From: an uncultured virus (IMG/VR IMGVR_UViG_3300009285_011187) | Taxonomy: Duplodnaviria; Heunggongvirae; Uroviricota; Caudoviricetes | DNA: 64,000 bases | Strand: one strand, 5' to 3' | Virus record (IMG/VR): IMGVR_UViG_3300009285_011187 | Shown: piece after piece, positions 28,709 through 37,030 of the stretch | Numbering within the stretch: position 1 is the first letter of the stretch | Layout: every line of letters starts with the position of its first letter | Made by a program: the position numbers and the translations under genes | Notes under the pieces: model-generated | Seen by the model: the letters and a program-made list of their open reading frames with translations, nothing else | What the model was told of the DNA's origin: nothing | Databases searched by the model: none

Positions 28709-29654
28709 TATGATAGCTCCTATACCATCCAATGAATTTACTGATTCCGATTTCCACAGTTGTTGACGGGGAATAGCCGGTATATTGCTTGAGCTTTCGG
28801 TTAATGCCTTCTTTTGACCTAGCATCGCCGTACTGCATAGGCATGTCGATAATTTCCGGCCATGAACACTGGAGCGCATGAATGATATGGTAAACAACAT
28901 AACGCAGATAATCGGCACTACCCTTGCAAATATTGAAAATATCATACAGTGGCTCGTGGCGCATGAAGACCAGTCGATATAGCGCTTCGACAAAATTGTC
29001 GATATATGTCCAGTCTCTGTACTGCTCACCGGCACCATGCAGCTTGATCGGCGCACCGGTCAGGCAGGCCTCGACGAATTTCCAGATAGCCATATCCGGT
29101 CGGCCCCATGGTCCATAGACGGTAAACGGCCTGATCGTCAGCACTTTATTTTTGTGCGTTACAGCATGATTATAACAAAGAAATTCGCCCGATGCTTTTG
29201 ATGCGGCGTAAAGAGTAGCAGGCTTGGCGGTTGGCGAGTTTTCGCACACGCGCTCGATATCGGCATTGTAAACTGAAGACGAGGAGATGAAGACAAAAAG
29301 CCGTGCAGGCATGATTCGATTGAGTTCCAGCAAATGATGAGTGCCGGAAAGATTTGTTTCAATGTAGATGTTGGGATCCTCGAGACTGTAGCGCACGCCG
29401 GCCTGAGCAGCGAAGTGAACAACGATTTCGGGCTTGAAGTCAAACCATATTTGATCGCAGCAGTTGATGTTTGTCGCGGCGATATTTAGCTTGAAGTAAT
29501 CCATCCGTGCAACTTTTAACTCGGGATTATAGTAGCGATTAAAGTTATCGATACCCAGGACTGTATGGCCATGGGACTGCAATTTAGCGGAAAAGGCGCT
29601 GCCAATGAAACCTGCAGCTCCTGTGCATAGAATTCGACTCATACTTTTTCCCAT
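28701..29654 (-). CDS. NAD-dependent epimerase (UDP-glucuronate 4-epimerase-like)
   Basis: TGAAGFIG, HFAAQAGVRYS, SSSSVY, YAASK, FTVYGPWGRPDMA. Confidence 0.9.
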   Translation of the reverse strand: MGKSMSRILCTGAAGFIGSAFSAKLQSHGHTVLGIDNFNRYYNPELKVARMDYFKLNIAATNINCCDQIWFDFKPEIVVHFAAQAGVRYSLEDPNIYIETNLSGTHHLLELNRIMPARLFVFISSSSVYNADIERVCENSPTAKPATLYAASKASGEFLCYNHAVTHKNKVLTIRPFTVYGPWGRPDMAIWKFVEACLTGAPIKLHGAGEQYRDWTYIDNFVEALYRLVFMRHEPLYDIFNICKGSADYLRYVVYHIIHALQCSWPEIIDMPMQYGDARSKEGINRKLKQYTGYSPSTTVEIGISKFIGWYRSYHNV

Positions 29655-30370
29655 TCGGTGAATATGGCCTTGATTCCTTTTTTAGCGAAGCCGTGCTCGA
29701 TCATCCAGGGCCGGCCAATGTCGCGTACATAGGATGGGGCGTTCGGTTGACCGTAGGTACCATATTGATAAGCATCGATTAAGGACATCATGCTTGGAGA
29801 GCCATGATGAAATTGCTTCTCGGGATTATGGGCGTCGTTCAGGCATTCAACTGCAATGCGAGCCCAGGCGCCGCGGATCAAAGATGGGTGCCCGCAAAAT
29901 CCTACTTCCCGGCGCATGTTTTGCGGGCATTCAAAATAATCGCCGTTCCATGGATAAAAGCATTTCCAGTTTTTCTGCAGCATCGAACCGCTTGGCTTCC
30001 ATGGCAGTCGCAACACGGCAAGCTGTGGGTATTTATCCATGATCGTTATCATATGCCTGATATTGACTGGTTGCAGTAATTCCCAGTCGTCTTCGAGGTG
30101 CAGGATATATTTGGCGTGCGTGTTTCTCCAACACCAGACGAAAGCTTTTGGAAATGATGCGATGGACGGCATGTTGATGTGATAGTGCCGGAAAAACGAT
30201 GATACTAAGCCAACGATCTGCATGCTGGGAATGTCGTGGCCGACTGGATCGACGTTAATGATAACATTGCAATCGTTCTTGATCGGCTTTAGCATGTTGT
30301 CATAAAACGAATTCAAGGTGCGGAACAGGATCTCCGGCCGGCGAGTGGCAGTGATGGTAATATCAAGCAT
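29639..30370 (-). CDS. glycosyltransferase (GT-A fold)
   Basis: TATRRPEIL..TL.SF, LHLEDDW, FCGHPSL. Confidence 0.7.
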   Translation of the reverse strand: MLDITITATRRPEILFRTLNSFYDNMLKPIKNDCNVIINVDPVGHDIPSMQIVGLVSSFFRHYHINMPSIASFPKAFVWCWRNTHAKYILHLEDDWELLQPVNIRHMITIMDKYPQLAVLRLPWKPSGSMLQKNWKCFYPWNGDYFECPQNMRREVGFCGHPSLIRGAWARIAVECLNDAHNPEKQFHHGSPSMMSLIDAYQYGTYGQPNAPSYVRDIGRPWMIEHGFAKKGIKAIFTEWEKV

Positions 30371-30526
30371 TATACTGGCTCCACGATATAGCGACCTCTG
30401 CGAAATGATTTTACAACCTTATAAAGCTGCCCGTCGATTTTCATGCTGGAGAGCTTCACTGCATTCTCTGCTATTTTGACCTTTTTTCGGCGGCCAGTCA
30501 ATTTTTTGATCGATACAATGTGTATA

Positions 30527-31117
30527 TCAATCGTCATTGCTCCTCCGAAAATATACCAGATTATTGCGAATCGTCTGAGTCCAGCGATGCTTGTGATTCA
30601 GGCCAAGTTTTAGGATATTTTCAACATGGTTGTTCCGGCGATAATTGTGTAATCCAAAGAGATATTCCCAGTAAGCTATTGGTTGTAGGTTGACATGCCC
30701 GGTGCCTTTTTGGCCTGGTCCGGCGATGGTAAGCATCAGCCGGTCGGATAATCGGCAACAGTTGGCGACGAATTCCGCGGCATATTCCGGCTCGATGTGC
30801 TCGGCGACTTCCACAGATATGGCCAGATCGAGGGGGGCGTCGTGCAACGTGACCGGTTTTCGTAGATCCAGGTAGAAGACATGGTCGGCCGGTAGCATCA
30901 TAGTATCGGAAGCTTCCATAGATCCTTCGATACCGTAAGCGTCGACGCCGTGGTCCAGGAACCACTTGGCAAAATCACCGTTGCCGCAGCCCAGATCAAT
31001 CAGGTTGCACGGCTGCAGTACTGTCTGGATGACCGGGCACAGCACTTCGGTTCGCCACCACAAAGTGTGCCGTTTTTTGAAAAAGCGTTTTCCGTAGGTT
31101 TCGGCTACTGTTTTCAT
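30527..31117 (-). CDS. class I SAM-dependent methyltransferase
   Basis: IDLGCGNG, GIEGS, DLAISVEVAEHI, GQKGTGHVN. Confidence 0.85.
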   Translation of the reverse strand: MKTVAETYGKRFFKKRHTLWWRTEVLCPVIQTVLQPCNLIDLGCGNGDFAKWFLDHGVDAYGIEGSMEASDTMMLPADHVFYLDLRKPVTLHDAPLDLAISVEVAEHIEPEYAAEFVANCCRLSDRLMLTIAGPGQKGTGHVNLQPIAYWEYLFGLHNYRRNNHVENILKLGLNHKHRWTQTIRNNLVYFRRSNDD

Positions 31118-31923
31118 TTTTTGCGATCTTTGAGCTTCTGCTTCCATAATGGCGGTACGGGTTTTTTGTTTTGCGGCGGTCGGGTCGGATTATACTCTGG
31201 CGACTGGATTGGTTTATGTGCTGTGTCAGGTTCTGGCACTAACTCTGTATCAGGAAACTGACAATTATCGCCGCCGTAGACCATTGGTTTATGCTCCGTA
31301 TCAGGATCTGGATCCGGTACTGCATCGTCAACTGGTATATGGTTCATGTCTTTGGTTGCCCAGGCCAGGTGATACTTGCCAAGCTTGCGGATAATGGTAA
31401 GGCCGGCCCAGGGACCCGGAATGGTAACAAGTTCATACTTGTAATAAGTTCCCGTCACGGACCTGGTATCATTAATCAGGTTGTCGAGCAAAAATTCAGC
31501 GGCCTCCCAGGCGTTACTGCAGTACCCATCCGAAAGAAGCGATTCGTTGACAGGATGAGTGTCGTGCAGGAAAATCAGTCCGGTACCGGATCTAACATAA
31601 GGGAAGAAAGCATCGAAGTCTGCCAGGACCGCTTCTTTACGATGGTCAGCATCGATAAACAAGAAATCTATCATTTCGCCCTGGCCTTTGAGTGTTGCTG
31701 CATACTCGAGGCTTGTGGATTTGATGGGAATAATATTTGGTCTTGTAGGCGCCAGGCCAACTGGATCGACACCAATGGCGCGTTGGCAAACGAGCGCCAT
31801 CTGGTTGATTGTGTAGCCGCGCTTGGTGCCCAGTTCGACATAGATTTTTGGCTGAAGCAACTTGGCCAGCGTAACCAGGATATCGACGAACTCCATTTCT
31901 TTGTATGCTCCGGGTGTTTTCAT
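31114..31923 (-). CDS. class I SAM-dependent methyltransferase (Methyltransf_24-like)
   Basis: [26 protein letters not shown]; Pro-rich C-terminal tail. Confidence 0.8.
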   Translation of the reverse strand: MKTPGAYKEMEFVDILVTLAKLLQPKIYVELGTKRGYTINQMALVCQRAIGVDPVGLAPTRPNIIPIKSTSLEYAATLKGQGEMIDFLFIDADHRKEAVLADFDAFFPYVRSGTGLIFLHDTHPVNESLLSDGYCSNAWEAAEFLLDNLINDTRSVTGTYYKYELVTIPGPWAGLTIIRKLGKYHLAWATKDMNHIPVDDAVPDPDPDTEHKPMVYGGDNCQFPDTELVPEPDTAHKPIQSPEYNPTRPPQNKKPVPPLWKQKLKDRKK

Positions 31924-32465
31924 TCGTTCCCTCCATTAAAATACTTTTTTATGAATGCATCGGGCTTTTGTAGTATCCATGGCAATTCAGCGACAATTTG
32001 TTCTTTTGGCCAGTCCCACCAGGCAATGTGTTCAAGGTTGAAGATTGTCTCAGGGTCGAAAAGCGTCCTAATATATCTAGCCGGGTTGCCAGCAACAATT
32101 GTAAATGGTGAAACATCTTTTGTGACAACCGAGCCTGCTCCGATGATGGCGCCGTTTCCAATAGTAACGTCAGAAAGGATTGTTGAATTCTGACCGACCC
32201 ATACCGCGTTGCCAATTTTGATGGGCCCTTTTGACCATGGATGTCCTGGAATATGGGCAACTTCTGGCCAGATAGCCGAGAAGGGATAGGTTGTAGTCCA
32301 GTCGTAACGATGCTCAACGCCAAGGAGGATGATCGTTCCATCAGCGAAAGAACAAAACTTGCCGATGGATAAATTACCTTCTCCGAGAATTTTAATGCGG
32401 CCATAACTATGTTCTCCGATCTCGAACTGCGGAAACTGATCTTTTAAGTATGGAACTTTCTTCAT
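31920..32465 (-). CDS. CatB/Vat-family O-acetyltransferase (hexapeptide repeat)
   Basis: [46 protein letters not shown]. Confidence 0.9.
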   Translation of the reverse strand: MKKVPYLKDQFPQFEIGEHSYGRIKILGEGNLSIGKFCSFADGTIILLGVEHRYDWTTTYPFSAIWPEVAHIPGHPWSKGPIKIGNAVWVGQNSTILSDVTIGNGAIIGAGSVVTKDVSPFTIVAGNPARYIRTLFDPETIFNLEHIAWWDWPKEQIVAELPWILQKPDAFIKKYFNGGNE

Positions 32466-33550
32466 AACATTTCTATCAGTTTTTTGAATTGAGGGATGAT
32501 TACATTTTCAATTCCGTTAAAATGAGTAAATGAATCGGCAACTGTTTTTTTGTCGACTTTCTTCTCCGCCTCCAGAGAAATGTATATTTTTTCTGATGCT
32601 GTTTCCGGATTGTCGAGATCAACGAATGGAATGATTTCCTTAAAGAATGGCGGACTGTTATGATATTTGTACGTCATAACAGACGTTCCACACGCTAACG
32701 CTTCGAGAGGACCGCGGTCGTTCTGCCCGCCAACGGCAGTGTGGATATATAGCCGACTGCGGTTGTAGACTTCTTTGGCCAGGATCTGGCGAGGCAGCAT
32801 TCCGGGAAGCGTGATATCAAGACTGTGGCGCTGAATACTTGGCCATAGGTCGTTGGTGTTGACGCCGCGGTGCAGCGCGCCGGGGAGCACGCACTTTAGG
32901 TCCTTGCCATACTTTTTTCTGTAAGCAAGGAGTACGGGAATGATGGAAAACTGATTCTTTTTATCGTGAATATGGGAAGCGCCGATGCAGAGATCGTAAA
33001 CAGGCGTGCCGGCATCGGGGAAGAAGATGGTCGGATCAATGGGTTTGTTAAAGGGATAAATTAATCGACGATGCGCGAAAGGGATTTCCGGGGTAGGGGC
33101 CACTTCTATGGTCGCAATGTCGGGACTGGTATCTTCGAGTACCACAGTCCAGAACGGCCACCTACCGTTGCCTGTATTGGCCCGGTAAAACAATATCTCT
33201 CGGTGCGCAGATCCCCACCATGACAAGAAATTACACCATGATTTCCAGCCGCCTCGAGCCCAGAGTAGATCGTCGGCTCGCATGAATGGCGTCAGGTCGC
33301 TCAGGTTCGATACGCATACTCCGGTAATTCCAGGAAAATCAAAGGTGATGATCCCAGGTGAGCGTCCAGATTCCATGACGACAAGGATTTCCTGGAATAA
33401 ACTTTCCTGAATGAAGCGATTAAAAAGATAGTAAAATCCTTCCTGTTTGAAAAGCGGAACGAAGGGTTCCTGGCTCAACTTATTGACAGATACTTTCTCC
33501 GGTCCTGCGCCGGAGCTGACGTACACATATACCAGGCGTTTGTATTTCAT
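32462..33550 (-). CDS. glycosyltransferase (GT-B/GT4-like)
   Basis: [18 protein letters not shown]...[16 protein letters not shown]. Confidence 0.7.
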   Translation of the reverse strand: MKYKRLVYVYVSSGAGPEKVSVNKLSQEPFVPLFKQEGFYYLFNRFIQESLFQEILVVMESGRSPGIITFDFPGITGVCVSNLSDLTPFMRADDLLWARGGWKSWCNFLSWWGSAHREILFYRANTGNGRWPFWTVVLEDTSPDIATIEVAPTPEIPFAHRRLIYPFNKPIDPTIFFPDAGTPVYDLCIGASHIHDKKNQFSIIPVLLAYRKKYGKDLKCVLPGALHRGVNTNDLWPSIQRHSLDITLPGMLPRQILAKEVYNRSRLYIHTAVGGQNDRGPLEALACGTSVMTYKYHNSPPFFKEIIPFVDLDNPETASEKIYISLEAEKKVDKKTVADSFTHFNGIENVIIPQFKKLIEML

Positions 33551-33551
33551 A

Positions 33552-34817
33552 TTACACCACCGTCAACCGTGATTCGGACATGATAGGTGCGTAGTATTTC
33601 AAATAGATCTCGTCCATATTGTAGGTCATGCGCATGAATGTGCGCGTCATTAGCGCATCGTTCTGCTGCATGCGCCCCAGGGCAATGAGAGCGATCTGGC
33701 GCAGGTATTCGTCCCAGTTATGGTCAGGCGGAAGGTTGGTGGTATAAGATCCGAAATCGAAGTATATGGCGTTCATGCCTGATACCTCCATTTGCATGTG
33801 GAGCGATTTGTTCAGGATGCAGAAAGCGCCGGATGCCAGCGAGGCCTCGGGAAGAACCAGGCCGAAGGATTCGTGGGTTGTGGGATAGATGAAAATATTT
33901 CCGAGCATCATGAGCTCGCGCAGAATCTCTTGTGGCACTCGTTTTTTGTACATGCCATTGTTGATCGTGGACGAAAAGATCAGGTTCGAGCCAGGCTTGA
34001 GTCCACAGACCTCGCCGTAGGACAGGTAATCATCTACCTCTTCGGAGTGTTTTTTGTGAGTTGACCACTGATTCGCAATGAACAAGCAGACTGAGACGCC
34101 TAACGTCTGCATCTTGCCGAAGAAGTTGATTACCTCGCGCACTCGTTTGTGTGGGAGTCGATCGCCGGCTGCGGGGTAGATCTGTATGATCTTAGACTGC
34201 ATTAATGCGGGAAACTGATCGATAATGTTGCAGGTCTCTGGACGAAAATCGAAAAAAGTGCGCAGATCTTTGATATGCGGAATAACCCGGACCTGGTTGA
34301 TGTTAGTCCTGAAGCATTCTGCGACCCTGACTCTGTCTGTGGCGTTGGGATAAACCAGGAAGTGGTTGGCGCCGAATTCCGGCAGAATGCACCAGTCGCG
34401 TTCGATGGAAGGAATACTGTGCAGCCAGTGCAGCCACGGTATCTTTGTAGCCATCTTCTGAATGCCAAAGGCATAAGGCAAGTTCCAGCCAGTGAGAAGC
34501 CAGTCGTGGGTAAAAACAAAGTCGATTCCGTATTCGTCGAATGCTTCGGTCAGCGCTTTGGCAGTTGCTTCGGCGATACCGACATGAGTGTCAGTGATCT
34601 TTTTCCTGCTGTCGTAATCGATCAGGTGAGTGAATGGGACACGTTTGACAAGATTGACATCGTCGGAAAATTCCTCGCCCTTGTACCGTTCATTGACGAA
34701 CAGAAACACCTCGTTTCCATGACGCTTGAGCATCTTGGCTTGATCCTTGACGATGCCTGTCAGTGAGTACCCAGGATTGAACTCTTGAAACGTTGTGAGC
34801 AGTGCTATTTTAGCCAT
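33552..34817 (-). CDS. glycosyltransferase family 4-like
   Basis: FIYPTTHESFGLVLPEA (EX7E) motif; N-terminal LKRHGNEV. Confidence 0.8.
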   Translation of the reverse strand: MAKIALLTTFQEFNPGYSLTGIVKDQAKMLKRHGNEVFLFVNERYKGEEFSDDVNLVKRVPFTHLIDYDSRKKITDTHVGIAEATAKALTEAFDEYGIDFVFTHDWLLTGWNLPYAFGIQKMATKIPWLHWLHSIPSIERDWCILPEFGANHFLVYPNATDRVRVAECFRTNINQVRVIPHIKDLRTFFDFRPETCNIIDQFPALMQSKIIQIYPAAGDRLPHKRVREVINFFGKMQTLGVSVCLFIANQWSTHKKHSEEVDDYLSYGEVCGLKPGSNLIFSSTINNGMYKKRVPQEILRELMMLGNIFIYPTTHESFGLVLPEASLASGAFCILNKSLHMQMEVSGMNAIYFDFGSYTTNLPPDHNWDEYLRQIALIALGRMQQNDALMTRTFMRMTYNMDEIYLKYYAPIMSESRLTVV

Positions 34818-34947
34818 GATTTTTCCTTTCTAAATAATAGTCGATTGCTTGTCTAATGATTTCGGAGATAGATGTGTCTAATTTTGCGGCGAGAACTTTG
34901 AGCTTATCCAGTAGCGGTTGTGGGAGAAACAGATCAAAGCGCTTCAT
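34810..34947 (-). CDS. ribbon-helix-helix (CopG/Arc-like) regulator
   Basis: 45-aa ORF absent from the track: MKRFDLFLPQPLLDKLKVLAAKLDTSISEIIRQAIDYYL. Confidence 0.7.
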   Translation of the reverse strand: MKRFDLFLPQPLLDKLKVLAAKLDTSISEIIRQAIDYYLERKNHG

Positions 34948-34955
34948 GACCGGGT

Positions 34956-34984
34956 GATATACATACAATATTTTGGGCTGTCAA
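34956..34984 (-). promoter_or_regulatory. sigma70-type promoter of the glycosylation operon
   Basis: TTGACA-17 nt-TATATC on the - strand, 8 nt before the RHH ATG. Confidence 0.5.
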
Positions 34985-35009
34985 GAAAAATTTTGTTTAT
35001 TGATGGCAT

Positions 35010-35038
35010 AAAAAAGACGGCGTTAGTGGCGCCGTCTT
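35010..35038 (-). terminator. intrinsic terminator closing the tail operon
   Basis: GACGGCG-loop-CGCCGTC followed by TTTTTT on the - strand. Confidence 0.7.
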
Positions 35039-35119
35039 CTTAAACGCGGTATATGCTTATTCTTCCCCTGAATATTTCATGTTGAGATTTGCGCAATCAT
35101 AGGCGTCACCTCCTTTTGT

Positions 35120-36313
35120 TTAGGCAAATAATTCCAGTTCTCCAACGATGAGCCAGTTTACGCTGCCATCGTTAGAGGTAATATTTAACCGGTAATAGCG
35201 ATATGCCGTTACATTGCTGAATGTAAAGTTTCTTTCTTCCTGGCTGCCCCATGCTGTTTCATTAATTACTGTGTCCAACGTATCCCAGTCGGCGTCGTTG
35301 TTCGATCCTTCAAATGTCCAATCGCTGGGACATGCCGTTGCATAACCGCCATCGGTATTGTTTGTAATGCTGTAATTTGTTACTGCGGCTTCATTCCCAA
35401 CTCCGAGATCGATTTTGAGCCACCCGGTAGTTACATTGATCTGGGCGATCCATTGATTATCATTGGCGGCAGTGCTGTGATCGAAAGCTTTAAAAGCATC
35501 CCAACCTGCACCACGAATTGTCGAGGCTGAAGCGACGTATGGAGACGGAGCATTGTCGGCCGTCATTATGGGTATCAAGTTTGCATCGCTGGCTGATGTC
35601 GTAGTTGTTGTTGTTGAAGTTGTTGTCGTTGAACTGGTGGAGGTGGTCGTCGTTTCGGTTGTTCCAGTTTCTGTAGTAGCCGTGGAACTTGTAGTGGAAA
35701 CTGTTGAACAGGTTGATGTGGTCGACGCCGTCGAACTTGTGGTTGAGGAACTGCTGGTGGTCGAAGTAGTGGTGGTAGTCGTCGAACTTGTTGATGTTGT
35801 TGTTGTCGAGGTGCTGCTGGACGTCGTTGTGCTGGACGTAGTTGTCGTGCTGGTAGTGGTCATGAAGACGCCTACGCCGGTGATACTGCCGGCCATGAGC
35901 ATTGAGGTGGCGGTCAAGGCCATGCCGAGATACTGACGGCGGTTATATGGAGGCAGGGTCTGCGTTACGCCGCCCGCGGTTGCGATGGAGAGATAGACTG
36001 CTTTCCCGACAGTGAAAGCCCAGGCGGCGTTGGTGATGGGACCGACCCGCTGACCAAGTATCTCGTCGTTAAGAATCCCAGCCTGCAGAGCTAGGTACCA
36101 GGCCGGCTGCCGCGTGCCGTCTGCTTTAGCTTTGTACCATTTGCCATCAGTCGATAAATAAAGAGCATCGTATTGAGAAACGGTCTCACCGAGAATAAGT
36201 TGATTGCGAGTATGAATATGGGTATCAGCTAACTCGGCAAAATTTGTTATCAGTACATCCCACCCTTGAACGCCAAACAGGGAATTGGGAAAACTATACT
36301 TGGTGGTGCTCAT
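35120..36313 (-). CDS. tail fibre/receptor-binding protein: anchor domain + Thr/Ser linker + discoidin (F5/8 type C)-like domain
   Basis: N-terminus paralogous to 37031-39913; ~90-aa T/S tract; AFKAFD...GWLKIDLG...PSDWTFEGSNN...YRYYRLNIT. Confidence 0.7.
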   Translation of the reverse strand: MSTTKYSFPNSLFGVQGWDVLITNFAELADTHIHTRNQLILGETVSQYDALYLSTDGKWYKAKADGTRQPAWYLALQAGILNDEILGQRVGPITNAAWAFTVGKAVYLSIATAGGVTQTLPPYNRRQYLGMALTATSMLMAGSITGVGVFMTTTSTTTTSSTTTSSSTSTTTTSTSSTTTTTTSTTSSSSTTSSTASTTSTCSTVSTTSSTATTETGTTETTTTSTSSTTTTSTTTTTTSASDANLIPIMTADNAPSPYVASASTIRGAGWDAFKAFDHSTAANDNQWIAQINVTTGWLKIDLGVGNEAAVTNYSITNNTDGGYATACPSDWTFEGSNNDADWDTLDTVINETAWGSQEERNFTFSNVTAYRYYRLNITSNDGSVNWLIVGELELFA

Positions 36314-37023
36314 TGTTGGCCTCCATGTTGTTTAATAAAAGCATCAACACGCTGTTCGCTAGCCCTGACTCTATTTTTATCGTAAACTAACTTGATTCGT
36401 ATTCTCGGGTCTTCTGTAAAACCAGGCATAATGGATTCGGCCAAGAGAAACATGGCATTGTCTTCGCCTGTCGGGAAATCAAGCGGCTTGCCCTGCTTTT
36501 CCATGGCAGTTAATCCCTTGGTAAACGGTTTGATAATTTGGTGATACACTTGTGTGTTGACCAGATCCATGTAAGGATTTTCGTTTGCCGATAAATCATT
36601 CTGCATCCAGTTCTGATAAGCCATGTATAAGATATCCGGACCATTGACCATGATCTCTGTATCGGTCACGTCGGCCTCATATTGCCGAAAATGGCAGCAA
36701 AATGGATTGTTCTGCCACTTCTTAGGCAGGGCGTCAAGCCAGGCCTGGCGTTCTTCGTCGGCCTGTACGAAAGCTGCATATTCTGGGATGGTTTGTCGTT
36801 CTTCTAACGGCGGTATTTTGGTTAACGTTTTGGCAAATGTCATCCATGCATCCCGTACTGCATCCAGTTCAGCCTGCTTGGGATAGCCCTCGGACGGTAC
36901 ATCAGGAATTTGGATATAGTGAATATTGTATCCATAGTCACCTGGATCAAGATAGCAGTTGTATCTGATTTCCACCAATCCCTTGTTTTCGCCGCAGCCT
37001 GAAAGATCTATTGTAAAGTGCAT
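36310..37023 (-). CDS. hypothetical tail-region protein
   Basis: GAGGAAG RBS before ATG 37023; sits between two fibre-like genes. Confidence 0.55.
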   Translation of the reverse strand: MHFTIDLSGCGENKGLVEIRYNCYLDPGDYGYNIHYIQIPDVPSEGYPKQAELDAVRDAWMTFAKTLTKIPPLEERQTIPEYAAFVQADEERQAWLDALPKKWQNNPFCCHFRQYEADVTDTEIMVNGPDILYMAYQNWMQNDLSANENPYMDLVNTQVYHQIIKPFTKGLTAMEKQGKPLDFPTGEDNAMFLLAESIMPGFTEDPRIRIKLVYDKNRVRASEQRVDAFIKQHGGQQ

Positions 37024-37030
37024 GGCTTCC

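Noticed and set aside
31920..32465. Antibiotic resistance gene (cat/vat)
   Set aside because: The fold is shared with sugar O-acetyltransferases, and its position inside a glycan operon favours that role.
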